A stretch of DNA of 64,000 nt from Sedimentisphaerales bacterium (GTDB taxonomy: Bacteria; Planctomycetota; Phycisphaerae; Sedimentisphaerales; SM23-30): NCBI GenBank assembly GCA_963663805.2, contig CAXXMR010000013.1, positions 96,001 through 160,000 of the forward strand, in the 5' to 3' direction. A program made the position numbers and the translations under genes. The notes under the pieces were generated by a model. It had not been told where the DNA came from. It saw nothing but the letters and a program-made list of their open reading frames with translations, and searched no databases. Of this stretch, positions 53,354 to 63,816 are shown in pieces; the first letter of the stretch is position 1, and every line of letters begins with the position of its first letter.

Positions 53354-54628
53354 CTATCTGGGCATACTTGGCAGGGATACTGAGCCTGCTAACTGCGATG
53401 CTCGTTTAACCTGTAATGCCTTGTCCAGCTTTGTAAGAAGGTGCAGATTATTGTCTAAATAACGGCTGACGCAAAAATCCATCTCGGCTTTGTTAGCATG
53501 AGGAACGCCCATCTTCTTCGCAAAGGAGTATGCTACGGCCCTGCAGCCACCAAGGCAAATGTCGTGATAGTGGCAACTGCCGCTTGCACACTTACCGCGA
53601 AGCTGCGTATGTAGTTCGTGCGCACCAAATGGATTATGACCAACCAGTGTCGGTCTGGCCTTCTCAACGGTGCCTAATAAAAGTTCCTCGAAATCGTGGA
53701 GGTAGAAGCAGGGGAAGATACGTTGCGTCTCGGTCGAAACACTCAGAAAACCTGACGTGGTAGTGGGGCACCAATAGGTACCATATGCAGTATCATCGCC
53801 CTGCCCCGCCAAATAACGCAATGTGGAAACAGAGTAGTAATTGGGTCCGAAGGGAACGTCTAGTGAGATAGTCAGTCTGTCTGCGAATTCTTCGGCCAAA
53901 CGAACATACGCTTCCACAATCCGCCCCGCTTCGTCTCCATAGATGAACTCCGACATAGGCCATTTGGATGCTCGCCCTACAGGGAACACCCTAGAAATGT
54001 ACCACTTGTCTACTCCTGTTTCCGCCAGCAAGGTCGCTACGTCTGGCAGGCAATGAAGGTTCCGCTGATACAATGCCGTATTAACTACCAATCCCATGCC
54101 GTGATCCTTTATAGTACGAAATGCCTTCAGCGTGTCACGGTAGGTGGACGTGCCTGCATTTGTCAGTAGGCAGTGCTCGTGTTCAAGCCCGTGTAGGCTG
54201 CTCATCACAGTAGTAATCCCATGTTTCTTGAGTTGCTTAATGGATGCTGCCTTGCGGGCAAGAAGAACCGCGTTTGTTTCAATGAACGACTGGGGAAACC
54301 GACGGATCAGATCGAAGAACGGTTGGAAGAGCAAGGGTTCCTTGGGGTACAAGAAAGACTTGTAGCCGTGGTTGCATGCCCACTCTAGTAAGCCAGATAC
54401 GTCGGATAGAGCAACCCGCTTCGCTTCGTGGTGAGGTTCCCCCATGAAACAGTGTGCACACCTAAGGTTGCAACGAGTGTGTGATACGGCAACGACCCAC
54501 CGCTGGACAGGCTTGCTTCGCATAGCGATCATAAAGTCTTCAAGGGTCAATCCTGTCGCATGCCTAACACGATGCGACAGAGATCCAAATGTCGGAATGA
54601 ATGTCCATAACTCCACTGTGGACGTCAC
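53354..54628 (-). CDS. Radical SAM/SPASM-domain protein (start uncertain)
   Basis: CNLRCAHC, ETN, SLHG; SPASM C...FPC...GKC...C...CLGGCRA...C. Confidence 0.9.
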   Translation of the reverse strand: MTSTVELWTFIPTFGSLSHRVRHATGLTLEDFMIAMRSKPVQRWVVAVSHTRCNLRCAHCFMGEPHHEAKRVALSDVSGLLEWACNHGYKSFLYPKEPLLFQPFFDLIRRFPQSFIETNAVLLARKAASIKQLKKHGITTVMSSLHGLEHEHCLLTNAGTSTYRDTLKAFRTIKDHGMGLVVNTALYQRNLHCLPDVATLLAETGVDKWYISRVFPVGRASKWPMSEFIYGDEAGRIVEAYVRLAEEFADRLTISLDVPFGPNYYSVSTLRYLAGQGDDTAYGTYWCPTTTSGFLSVSTETQRIFPCFYLHDFEELLLGTVEKARPTLVGHNPFGAHELHTQLRGKCASGSCHYHDICLGGCRAVAYSFAKKMGVPHANKAEMDFCVSRYLDNNLHLLTKLDKALQVKRASQLAGSVSLPSMPR

Positions 54629-55100
54629 CTTATCTTATAGGCTGCGTAGAGAAACGGAACGAGCGCGGCTAAGCACTGACCATTCGAGGACAGTTTAGCC
54701 AATGTTTTGTGCTTTCTCATTTTTCTATCCTCGACAAATTATGGTGGTATCAGCATAAGATATACGGACGTTGCCTCCGGGGCGATGCCAAATCAGATCT
54801 TTTCCGCGCCTCCCTGTAAACAAGCAATAAGGTATTATTTGTACCCCACACGGTTGTGAGTGCCCGTACTGGACGCACGAACGTGTGAAGAAATACGCTA
54901 CCTGCATTGCCGAGACGTCGCACATGCCAAGACGACGGCCTTACGTTTGGTCTGTGCAGGCACTCACTGTGAGACCAATAGGGTTAGAGCTATACACAGC
55001 AACCATTCACCCGCGAGAGTTCAAGATTATCCGCTGGGATGCTTTTTTCGACGTGTTTCAAGGCCAGGCAGATCAGCAAATCAGCATGGGCCTGAGAAAA

Positions 55101-55310
55101 TCAGATCCTAACCTTGCCGCTGCCGTTACACACTTTGCAAGTGTGCCAAAATAAAGATCCTTGATTGGTTTGCCCTTCACCTCCACAACTGGCACACTCC
55201 ACAATGACCGTGCCCTTCTTTTGGCCTCCGCCATCAAGCGATTCACTACAATTGGGGCAAAAGTTGTCTTGTTCTCGGACTGTTTGTTTGCACTGTGGGC
55301 ATTTTGGCAT
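55101..55310 (-). CDS. Small Cys-rich protein: zinc ribbon plus DnaJ-like CxxCxGxG repeats
   Basis: CPQC...FCPNC; CASCGGEG, CKVCNGSG; AAGGAG RBS. Confidence 0.75.
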   Translation of the reverse strand: MPKCPQCKQTVREQDNFCPNCSESLDGGGQKKGTVIVECASCGGEGQTNQGSLFWHTCKVCNGSGKVRI

Positions 55311-55341
55311 GGCCTTCTCCTTTCCATCGTTTTATTTTAAA

Positions 55342-56404
55342 AGGGGGTGGGCGGTTAGCTCCTCTTCGATTCTACTTGGGGCATATGCAACCAGTTATAA
55401 CCATAGGCTATGTCTGTCTCGGTAATAGGCCCAGTAACAACAGCCTGCTCTAAGAGGCGGCGAAAAAGGAGGCCACGGCTCTTGGAATTGCGGCAGTTGA
55501 ACCGAAAGGTGAACTCCTCTAAGTAAGACTGTAGATGGGCGGGAACGAATGATCCCTGATGAGTGCCGAGTATCCAGCGTTTAAGCAGGCTGGAGATTCG
55601 ATGTACACCAGGCATAGAGACATGGGCAGGGTCCCCAGATGACGACACCATAGTTTTCTTGTGGATATACCCATGGTTAGGCACATCATTGTAGCCACCC
55701 CAGCCATCAGTGCATACCACAGCACCAGGTACTACCGCATTGCGGATAAACGGCAGCAGGTGAGTACTCGATGCATCTGGAATATGCCGCATCCGAATCC
55801 TGCCAAAACCCTTGGGCTGTTTAATCTCTACGGCAATCACCACAACGCATTTACTGGCACCACGGCCGCGTTTTCCTCCTTTTTCGACGCCCCCAAGCAT
55901 CGTTTCATCTACCTCCACATCACCTGACAACCTTTCGCGTTCGGCTCGTACCATTGCCACTCTGTATCGTTGCAGGATTGCCCACGCAACTCGATAATGA
56001 ACGCCAAGCGTACGTTCCAGGGTTTTGGCTGACAGACCATTCTTGGCAGTTGTCAAATGCCAGCCAGCCTCGAACCATGTTGTCAGTGGAGTCCTTGTTT
56101 TGTCAAAAATGGTGCCCGCGATTACCGATGACTGATGACGACAATTTGGACATGTCAACCGACCTCGTGACTGACGCCATGGGGTGGTAGCAGTCTGGCA
56201 GGATGGGCAGATGAACCCATTGGGCCAGCGAAGACACTCCAAATATGCAGCACACGCTTCTTGACCAGGAAACATATTGACGAATTCACGGTATGTGTGT
56301 GGGTAATCCGGCCTTTTAATCACAGAGGGTTGTACGTCAATTTGTTCTCTTGTGGATATCATACCCAGCATTATAGGGCAGGAGGAGCTAACCGTCTACC
56401 CCCT
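55342..56404 (-). mobile_element. IS1595-family element, complete
   Basis: ~23-bp TIRs (AGGGGGTGGGCGGTTAGCTCCTC and AGGGGGTAGACGGTTAGCTCCTC); 9-bp direct repeat TATTTTAAA at 55333-55341 and 56405-56413. Confidence 0.92.
55355..56371 (-). CDS. IS1595-family transposase
   Basis: RWPNGFICPSC Zn ribbon, VEVDET, TDGW, HLQSYLEEFTFRFN. Confidence 0.95.
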   Translation of the reverse strand: MLGMISTREQIDVQPSVIKRPDYPHTYREFVNMFPGQEACAAYLECLRWPNGFICPSCQTATTPWRQSRGRLTCPNCRHQSSVIAGTIFDKTRTPLTTWFEAGWHLTTAKNGLSAKTLERTLGVHYRVAWAILQRYRVAMVRAERERLSGDVEVDETMLGGVEKGGKRGRGASKCVVVIAVEIKQPKGFGRIRMRHIPDASSTHLLPFIRNAVVPGAVVCTDGWGGYNDVPNHGYIHKKTMVSSSGDPAHVSMPGVHRISSLLKRWILGTHQGSFVPAHLQSYLEEFTFRFNCRNSKSRGLLFRRLLEQAVVTGPITETDIAYGYNWLHMPQVESKRS

Positions 56405-56984
56405 TATTTTAAATACTAGAACTATAAAGCATGCCAAAAACATTTATTCATGAAAGTCTAGACTCCGTCCCCGTGGGAGGCAAAAGTTTAGTGACACAAG
56501 CCATTATATTACATCAAGTTACATCTTTTTTTAGAAACAGCTGTCGTTCAAGATAATACCGAACGTTGACAAATCTCCCACAAACCAACAGTGGTTGAAC
56601 TTGCCATATTGGATTTGGCGACTCTTTGGTGATAGGAAATGTCCATTAATAACGGTATTTCCAGTTACATATCGAGAACAGACAAAGTCTTGCCACATAA
56701 TTATAGGCAATTCTAAAACTAGTAGATAGTAAAGTCAAATAAAAAACAGCTAAAGAGTTTTCTTTTTCTGTCCTTCGAGACTTTAAACCATTTAACACAC
56801 AGGGTTTATGAATATCCACAGCATCGTACAAGCATCGCACCTTTCATCTTGGCCCCCTTCAAAATCAGAAGCTATTTTTTAACTCCTCCGTTTAATATAT
56901 CGATCTTCTCTCGTTCATAACCAAGTGACTCTGCCCAAACTTTGTTTGGCACATACGGCCCACGGATTGATATGCCTATGAAGC

Positions 56985-57686
56985 TCAGCAAGTTGTATTA
57001 TCTCGAAATTCCTTTATCAGCATATCAATCTCAGGAAGGGCTTTTCGAACAATATCTCGAGAATCTAAGGGTGTACCAAAAATATTTGCTAGTAGAATTT
57101 CTTCGGAAGACCGCTCAAGTATACATGCACTCGGCGTCGTTTGTGAAACAATCTCTTGCAGAATCTTTCGCCATGAGATTAACAGGGATAAAACTCGCTG
57201 GCGGTCTTTAAAAACTGTCACATTCTCTAAGAAATCTATGAGGATTTCTGTTATTTTAAATGTGTTAAGAGATTCTAAACGAGATAATAATGGCTCCTGC
57301 CAAGTGTCTGTCGGGCAATAATCATGAAAGTCACCGATACTAAATCTGAAGTCCTGCCTGGCCACAAACTCATCTAACACAAGACTAATATTTTCCAAAG
57401 TCGGATTTAAAAGTGTATATTTGAGCCAGTTATAATCTACGTCCCTTCGGAAAGTAATAATGATGCGCATTCCCTCGGCAACATCTATATCTGTCAAGTT
57501 GTTATAATGCTTACGTAACCATTCCTCATCGGCACCCCTAAGCTCTTGATATGTCCAGCTATGACTCTGCGTCGCCTCATCATCACGGTGATATAGGGAT
57601 AAAATCTGTGCGTTTCTGTCAGAATCTGCAACACCACCTCTCATAGACGCATACCAAGAACTCTGTGACCATCTCGAATAACTCAT
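56985..57686 (-). CDS. Hypothetical protein
   Basis: 233-aa ORF with GAGG RBS; no recognised motif. Confidence 0.6.
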   Translation of the reverse strand: MSYSRWSQSSWYASMRGGVADSDRNAQILSLYHRDDEATQSHSWTYQELRGADEEWLRKHYNNLTDIDVAEGMRIIITFRRDVDYNWLKYTLLNPTLENISLVLDEFVARQDFRFSIGDFHDYCPTDTWQEPLLSRLESLNTFKITEILIDFLENVTVFKDRQRVLSLLISWRKILQEIVSQTTPSACILERSSEEILLANIFGTPLDSRDIVRKALPEIDMLIKEFRDNTTC

Positions 57687-57770
57687 TTAAATTCCTCTTG
57701 TTATGAATTAGCAGGACGAATTATTCATGTGCAAAATGTTTAGTCATGATTTGACATTGCTGCCTTGTTA

Positions 57771-58727
57771 TCAATCCATGATAGTTGATTTTGGTCTTAA
57801 TCTTCCAACAACATCAAAATAATCACTGATTAAAGGCATCACATCGCCAAGAGTATGATAACACTGAGGGAGTTCTGTAGTAATATGTTCTCTTGACATC
57901 CAATATGGAAGATATACATCACTCCCGGTGTTTTCAAGATAGAATTCTTTTCCACTTGCCTCATTTCTTGACATTTTTCTTCCTGTGCTGTGATTAATTG
58001 TCCACTCAAGATCTTTTAATAAAGTTCTCGGAGTAACTACGAGAGCGTCACCCTCCATGGACGATGATATAACTCCAAGTTCTCCAGGCATCAATCTAAC
58101 CGAACCCTTTCTGTAAACAACACTTGAACCTTCAATAGTGACATAGTTATGAATCCTGTCAAATATGATATCTGTTCTAATTCCTGCGGCTTCCTCTATT
58201 CTCTTTAATATCTCTTTCCTGTTTCTTTTTGCATAAACAACGGCTTCATCATGTTCTCGTAGATAATCAGCACCTGTTAATCTTGATTCAAATACATCTC
58301 TGCCTATCGACATACTTCCTGTATGGATTAATACAGAATACTCGCCGTAATTTATCTGGGAGCTACTGGTATCTATAGACTCGTAGATAGTAATAAAATG
58401 ACACTCACTTCCACCCGATAGACCGCCTAATAGTTCTCTTCCTTCAAACATTGCTGCAGCAATTTTGTTTGTGGTGTCCTTTAGGTAGTCAGCAGGAGGA
58501 TATCTGAATCTAGCCAACAACACACCACACCCAATATCAGAGCCAATATAATCTCCACAGATATGATGTCCATTGCCATAAACAGCCATAGTTCCGGTGG
58601 GAAGTATGCCCTTTCCAGGCCAGACGTTCGGAAAAAAAACTATTTTTTTCAACGCTTTAGTATCAAAGCTGACATTTTGCGGTTTGCCAGAAAGATTGAC
58701 GATTTCAGGTTTCTTACCAATAGTCAC
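57771..58727 (-). CDS. Divergent RtcB-family RNA ligase
   Basis: GKGILPTG, GSDIGCG, IHTGS, IHN, RKGS, HSTGRKMSR, ELPQCY, LRP. Confidence 0.8.
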   Translation of the reverse strand: MTIGKKPEIVNLSGKPQNVSFDTKALKKIVFFPNVWPGKGILPTGTMAVYGNGHHICGDYIGSDIGCGVLLARFRYPPADYLKDTTNKIAAAMFEGRELLGGLSGGSECHFITIYESIDTSSSQINYGEYSVLIHTGSMSIGRDVFESRLTGADYLREHDEAVVYAKRNRKEILKRIEEAAGIRTDIIFDRIHNYVTIEGSSVVYRKGSVRLMPGELGVISSSMEGDALVVTPRTLLKDLEWTINHSTGRKMSRNEASGKEFYLENTGSDVYLPYWMSREHITTELPQCYHTLGDVMPLISDYFDVVGRLRPKSTIMD

Positions 58728-59365
58728 TTTTCAATATTCCAAGGCATATCAATATTTTAGGTAATCCAAATCAGTGCTGTTAATGCTAAACAAACTGATC
58801 ATATCACATTTATCTTCTTCGTTTTTAAACGAGACAGCGTAAAGTCTCTTTACATAAAACATCATTGCTAAGGTCACGGCGGCCCTGTAGCCCAAGCGAT
58901 ACATAGATGTTACACTACTGAACTACAATATCCAAGCATGAGCATTGAAAAGCCTTTAGAAGTTTTCGCTGACTCACATGTTAACTCCCAAGGCCGATGT
59001 TTGTCAATATATTCTATATAAGAACTGGCTCCTGAAATCACTAGGACAGACTCAGTACCTGCCAGGCGCACGGCAAAAACGGACATAATTGCTTGAATAA
59101 CACCGACTTAGGGCTAGTGCTGCGATGAATTCTGAGCTGATTATCTATTATAACCTTTGCTTAGAAAATACACAATGAAGAACTAATGTGAATTTGCCTT
59201 ATTCTTGACGTGATCTCATGTAATTGGTAAAGCTCTGTTTGCTTAAAAAAGCACAGATGGATTCCAGCACCACTTTAGGTTGCTCGGAACATTCAGTACA
59301 TACTAAGAAGCTCTAACACAACCCATTAATTAAAGCATGAAAACAAATAACTACACATGCTACTT

Positions 59366-60760
59366 TCATAAACGCTTCGTGGATATCATCGCGCCGTTCA
59401 TAACGAACTCGCAAGCGGCGGTTTCGAATAAGACGCCATATTTCTCTTCTTGCCTGATCATTGACTGTCCATCAGGATTCTGGTGGACATCCTGGTGTCT
59501 ATAGGGCATTTTGATACCTTCATCCTCAGCCCACACTCGAATGGCAGACAGGGCTTTCATTGGCAGTGTGGAATTACGAAAACCGGCGATCTGGGTGAGA
59601 ACGTAGCCCACATTCTCTTCTGTATAGCAGCGAGAATCTGTTATTTCAATTGTACAAGGTGGTATCCCGTAGCCACTAGCTCGAAACAAGAAGATATGGC
59701 CTGCAAGCAGATCCTTCACATAGTCTCTAGCTGAGCAACATTGCTGCATGCAAACTGCCTGCGTAATTAGGTCTTCACCTGTGAGAATAGGTTCCACAAA
59801 TCCAGGAATTCCGCGGATTCCTGAGGGTTTAAATTGGCAGGGGCGAAGTTGTTCTACATCACCAGGTAATACATAGCCGGCGATTCTGTAATAGCATTCT
59901 TGGAGTTTTTGCGGCGTATTAAATACTTTATTTTTTGCGCCACGCGCTTCTCCAAGCTTTAATAAAGATATTACGAACTCCAACATCGGTGCAAATCTGG
60001 CATGTTGTTGCCGACTATCTATGTCACCAACTAATCTAAGGAATCTACCAGTGACATGACTTAAAAATCGTCTGTTCGCCAGAATCCTGATGAGGTCAGG
60101 TCCTATTGCCTTAGCGTGATTGAACCATTTCAGTATGTGACGGTCTCGCAGTGTTTCAGACAGCCCAGATAAGTACAGTGGATCAGCTCCGGATTCAGTG
60201 ATTCTTTGAAATCCACCAACAGATGTGGACGGTAAAGAGCGATTTTCAAGTATCTGCCGCCGCCTCATAAGAGATTCTTCACTGCAGGCTTTACGCCAAT
60301 CATCCAGATCCATTACGGGCGCTTCAGAAGGCATATAATGGGCCAATGCAACCGCGATCATCGGGGTTTTGAGCAAGAGATCGCGAAACGCCGGGTCTCG
60401 GTGTGACATCCACACCATAGAGAATGGTCGTGCAGTCAGTGGAAGGCGACTTGCGCTGCGGAACAGTCCGCTACCAATCATTCTTCGCAGATGTTTTAGA
60501 TCACGCAATGTCCGATTATACCAACAAGCCCGGCCCTCACGCCTCCTGATCCGAATCATTTGCCTTCGTGATCTACGCGGCCTCCAATCGACTAGTCTTG
60601 GATCTACACAATCCCATGAAGGATTATCTTTTAGGAGATCAAAGCGATACAGTTCAATCGGCGGTCCCGACACAAAGTCCATCCCCACTTGGGAGCCGAA
60701 GAAAACTCCGTTGGAACTGGCGGCGGTAGTGAGATAATTTGGTGGAAACTGCATACTCAA
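59366..60760 (-). CDS. PcfJ-like domain protein
   Basis: C-terminal PILTGEDLITQAVCMQQC...Y...G..FLFR...TIEI...QIAGFRN. Confidence 0.6.
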   Translation of the reverse strand: MSMQFPPNYLTTAASSNGVFFGSQVGMDFVSGPPIELYRFDLLKDNPSWDCVDPRLVDWRPRRSRRQMIRIRRREGRACWYNRTLRDLKHLRRMIGSGLFRSASRLPLTARPFSMVWMSHRDPAFRDLLLKTPMIAVALAHYMPSEAPVMDLDDWRKACSEESLMRRRQILENRSLPSTSVGGFQRITESGADPLYLSGLSETLRDRHILKWFNHAKAIGPDLIRILANRRFLSHVTGRFLRLVGDIDSRQQHARFAPMLEFVISLLKLGEARGAKNKVFNTPQKLQECYYRIAGYVLPGDVEQLRPCQFKPSGIRGIPGFVEPILTGEDLITQAVCMQQCCSARDYVKDLLAGHIFLFRASGYGIPPCTIEITDSRCYTEENVGYVLTQIAGFRNSTLPMKALSAIRVWAEDEGIKMPYRHQDVHQNPDGQSMIRQEEKYGVLFETAACEFVMNGAMISTKRL

Positions 60761-61052
60761 CCTGTTGTTACATTTATTGGCTCAAGAACCTCAGTTTGAA
60801 TAACCGGTTCTCCGTTTTTCGCAATTGATCAGACATAGTGTAATCAAAAAAAGTAAATATAAAGTCATTGTAAAAGCATTCAAAGTCTGTGTCTCGTATT
60901 TGCCCAAAGTGGAGTTTGGAATTCGACTGTAATGCTGAAGGTGTGTGGTATATAAGAGCTCTTTGACCACAGTTGCAAATGTCCTCTAATACTAACATAA
61001 AAAGTGCAGTTACATAAATCGTGATATCCTGGTATAAAATCTTGACTTACTT

Positions 61053-61793
61053 TCACCATTGTTTATTTAATAAGGACTTTTGAGTCTCAATCGATTTATT
61101 CACAATTTCTTTCAAAACAATATTTGCCTGCTGCATTTCACCAGAAACGTTATCTGATACCTTTGTTATATTGATAATATTCTGGCACTCTTTTTCTTCT
61201 TGTGCTTTCTTTTTTTGCGACAATTCAAGGGCTTTGCGCTCACGCTCTTTTTTGGCTTTAGCCAGTGAAGTAAGCTCCAGAACAGGTTTCCAGCTCTCAT
61301 TTGCTTGATTTGATTTGAATTTTTTGCGAGCAGTTTTGTATTCCGGGTGGCGAACCTCAAGAGTGTGTGTAACTATATCGTCGCGCCAAAAGACCTTTCG
61401 TTCTTCTTTTACGAATCCTTCATCAGTGGCATAGGTAAGGAAAACGAGTAACCCTGCAGGAGGGAATATCGCAGTAACTGGCCCACCAACAATAATCGCG
61501 TCATCAATATTGGGGCCAGGCTTGTACGTTTTTCGTTCAACCTCATGTCGTATAACTGTAAGCGGCACAATAACAGGTGAACTGCCAATATATTTTCCGT
61601 CTAGGTAAACCTTACCCTTTGGAGACGAAGTTACATTCACTGAACCAAGATTAATGGTCGCTGTATTGAGGATACGCTCCTTGCAGACACAGCCAGGAAT
61701 GAGTACATTCATGGAAACAACTGCAAATATTAGTGTCGTTTTACAGATTTTACTTATGATATTAGCTGGTTCAGAGTTCTTAATCGCTGGCAT
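61053..61793 (-). CDS. PEGA-domain membrane or lipoprotein
   Basis: Hydrophobic N-terminal stretch ending PGC; VNVTSSPKGKVYLDGKYIGSSP; HTLEVRHPEYK. Confidence 0.7.
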   Translation of the reverse strand: MPAIKNSEPANIISKICKTTLIFAVVSMNVLIPGCVCKERILNTATINLGSVNVTSSPKGKVYLDGKYIGSSPVIVPLTVIRHEVERKTYKPGPNIDDAIIVGGPVTAIFPPAGLLVFLTYATDEGFVKEERKVFWRDDIVTHTLEVRHPEYKTARKKFKSNQANESWKPVLELTSLAKAKKERERKALELSQKKKAQEEKECQNIINITKVSDNVSGEMQQANIVLKEIVNKSIETQKSLLNKQW

Positions 61794-61977
61794 GACGTGA
61801 TCCCTGTTTTAGCAGACAATCCTGACTGGGCATTTCGATTTATATACTGTAGTTATGGTTCTACATCACTGATCATCTACGAGTATTTATTTGAAAGGTG
61901 TAGCATAATTATTACTACAAACGGTTCCTTTGAACTATGCGCGGATAAAATACCTGAATACTTAAATTAGAACAATT

Positions 61978-63567
61978 GTAACACTTTAGCCAAGTGAAGC
62001 AGAGAACTCCGCGAGTTTTGGCAATTTGCCGGTTTTGATGTATGTTCGCAGGGCTTTTTTGATGGTAGCAACCGGGTTTAGGCCGCGTTGTTTCAGGGTA
62101 AAAAACACGCTCATCAGCACCGATTGCGTTCGGGCTCCACGGTCGCTGCGGTTGTTATAGCTGTTCTTTCGCATGATCACCGCGCCGCGAATGCTGCGTT
62201 CGCCAAAATTATTATCGAACGGCACCTCGCGATTGCTCAGAAAAGTGAACAGCTCATCATGATGGCGTTTCAAACGCTTAATCAACCGCTGAGCTTCCTT
62301 GTTCGACCACTCATGCGCGATAATAAGATCCAAGCGTTTTTCGATTCGTTGGCAGCGCCGCTGGTAAACCGTCGCATCCAGTTCATCGATGCGTTTACGC
62401 AGGCGTATCGCGTCGCGAATTAATCGTTTGAGTTTTTTGGAGAACCTCGGCCAATCGCCGCTGTGGTCTTTGGCTTTCCAGACTCGCTCCAAATCACGCA
62501 GTAAGTGAACCAGGCACTTTTGTTTGGCGCATGACAATACATTGTAAGCATACCAGAAGTCACTTACGAACACGCCGTTGAAACATTCTTTGATAAATTC
62601 CAAAACCACCGGCCCGGCCCGCGACTGCTCGACCGTAAAAATCGTGGCTTGATGGCTGGTAAAGCACCATAACCAATGCGTTTTACCGTTTACCCGCCAG
62701 CCGGTCTCATCGCCGTGCAGGACACCGGCTTTTTGAATGTCCTCGATTATTTCTTCGTACCAGGCCAGGAGTATATCCGCTAAACGATGCCACATCTGGA
62801 CTAATCCGCCCGGCGACATCTTAAACCGGAGATGAAAATTAAACACCTCCAGGATCTGCGCTATCGTATTGCCCAACGCAAAGTGGAGCCAGGCACACAA
62901 AACCACAATACCATTGCCAATAGATGATTTTGGCAGAGCATCGGTTACGATCGGCTCAACCGCCTTGCGACAGTTCGGACACCAGTCGCGATGAATAACA
63001 TGCTTTACCGTCTCAACGCGAACATCTTCCGGGATGTCTTCGATGATTCGTTCACGTGTGCCGGAACATTTTTTCAGTTCGCCGCCGCAGTCCGGACAAC
63101 ATGAAGCGCGATGTTCTTCGGTACGGTCTATTTGGGTCGGCAGATTGCGGCGAGTACCTTGATGCCCTTTTTTACGGCCAAACTTTTTGCCGCGTTTTTT
63201 ATCTGTTTTGTTCGGCTTGACAAAAACCGGCTTCTGACCTGAGGGACACGAAGGATCAGCCGGACTGCCGGCAACTAACGTACCTTGTGTTTTTTCCGCT
63301 GCCAGTTTCGACAGTCTCAGCAAAACAAAAACCACCGCCTCTCTGCCTTGCTCGTAAATAAGCTCAGCCTGCTCCGCAGTCAATTCCTGCTCTAAGGCCA
63401 GGTCGGCGATAGCCTGTTCAGCATTCGGCTTCATCATGCTGAAACTATAAACCATTACACGCAATAGCGCAAATTACCCATCTTAACATTTTGAAGTTTT
63501 TTTGTCTTTTTTTTGCACAAGCCAACCCAAAAGCTATAGAATTTGCTTCACTTGGCTAAAATGTTAC
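61978..63567 (-). mobile_element. IS66-family element (single-ORF type), complete
   Basis: 24-bp TIRs GTAACA(C/T)TTTAGCCAAGTGAAGCA; 8-bp TSD GAACAATT at 61970-61977 and 63568-63575. Confidence 0.95.
61986..63464 (-). CDS. IS66-family transposase
   Basis: CPDCGG, LHGDETGWRVNG, QKCLVHLLR, FDNNFGERSIR. Confidence 0.95.
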   Translation of the reverse strand: MRVMVYSFSMMKPNAEQAIADLALEQELTAEQAELIYEQGREAVVFVLLRLSKLAAEKTQGTLVAGSPADPSCPSGQKPVFVKPNKTDKKRGKKFGRKKGHQGTRRNLPTQIDRTEEHRASCCPDCGGELKKCSGTRERIIEDIPEDVRVETVKHVIHRDWCPNCRKAVEPIVTDALPKSSIGNGIVVLCAWLHFALGNTIAQILEVFNFHLRFKMSPGGLVQMWHRLADILLAWYEEIIEDIQKAGVLHGDETGWRVNGKTHWLWCFTSHQATIFTVEQSRAGPVVLEFIKECFNGVFVSDFWYAYNVLSCAKQKCLVHLLRDLERVWKAKDHSGDWPRFSKKLKRLIRDAIRLRKRIDELDATVYQRRCQRIEKRLDLIIAHEWSNKEAQRLIKRLKRHHDELFTFLSNREVPFDNNFGERSIRGAVIMRKNSYNNRSDRGARTQSVLMSVFFTLKQRGLNPVATIKKALRTYIKTGKLPKLAEFSASLG

Positions 63568-63816
63568 GAACAATTGTTCCTCTAACAGAGAATTCTCAAA
63601 GACCAGACTGACTGTTTGTGCTTGCCGTAAATCCTGACTGGATTCCGGTACAACGCCTTTGTCGGCGATGCTGCTGTCGCAAGACGGATTTTTCCAGAAA
63701 GCCCATCCTTCTCGGACAAGATCCTCAGTAAGCCCCAGACAAAAGCCCAAGGCGAAAGACAACAAAAGCATCCATACGGTGTTGTACATTTGTTTCTCAA
63801 TCACAGAGGTCTCCAA
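63556..63816 (-). CDS. Small membrane protein; the IS66 is inserted just before its original stop
   Basis: One TM segment (VWMLLLSFALGFCLGL); the empty site reads EEQLF*. Confidence 0.5.
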   Translation of the reverse strand: METSVIEKQMYNTVWMLLLSFALGFCLGLTEDLVREGWAFWKNPSCDSSIADKGVVPESSQDLRQAQTVSLVFENSLLEEQLFVTF

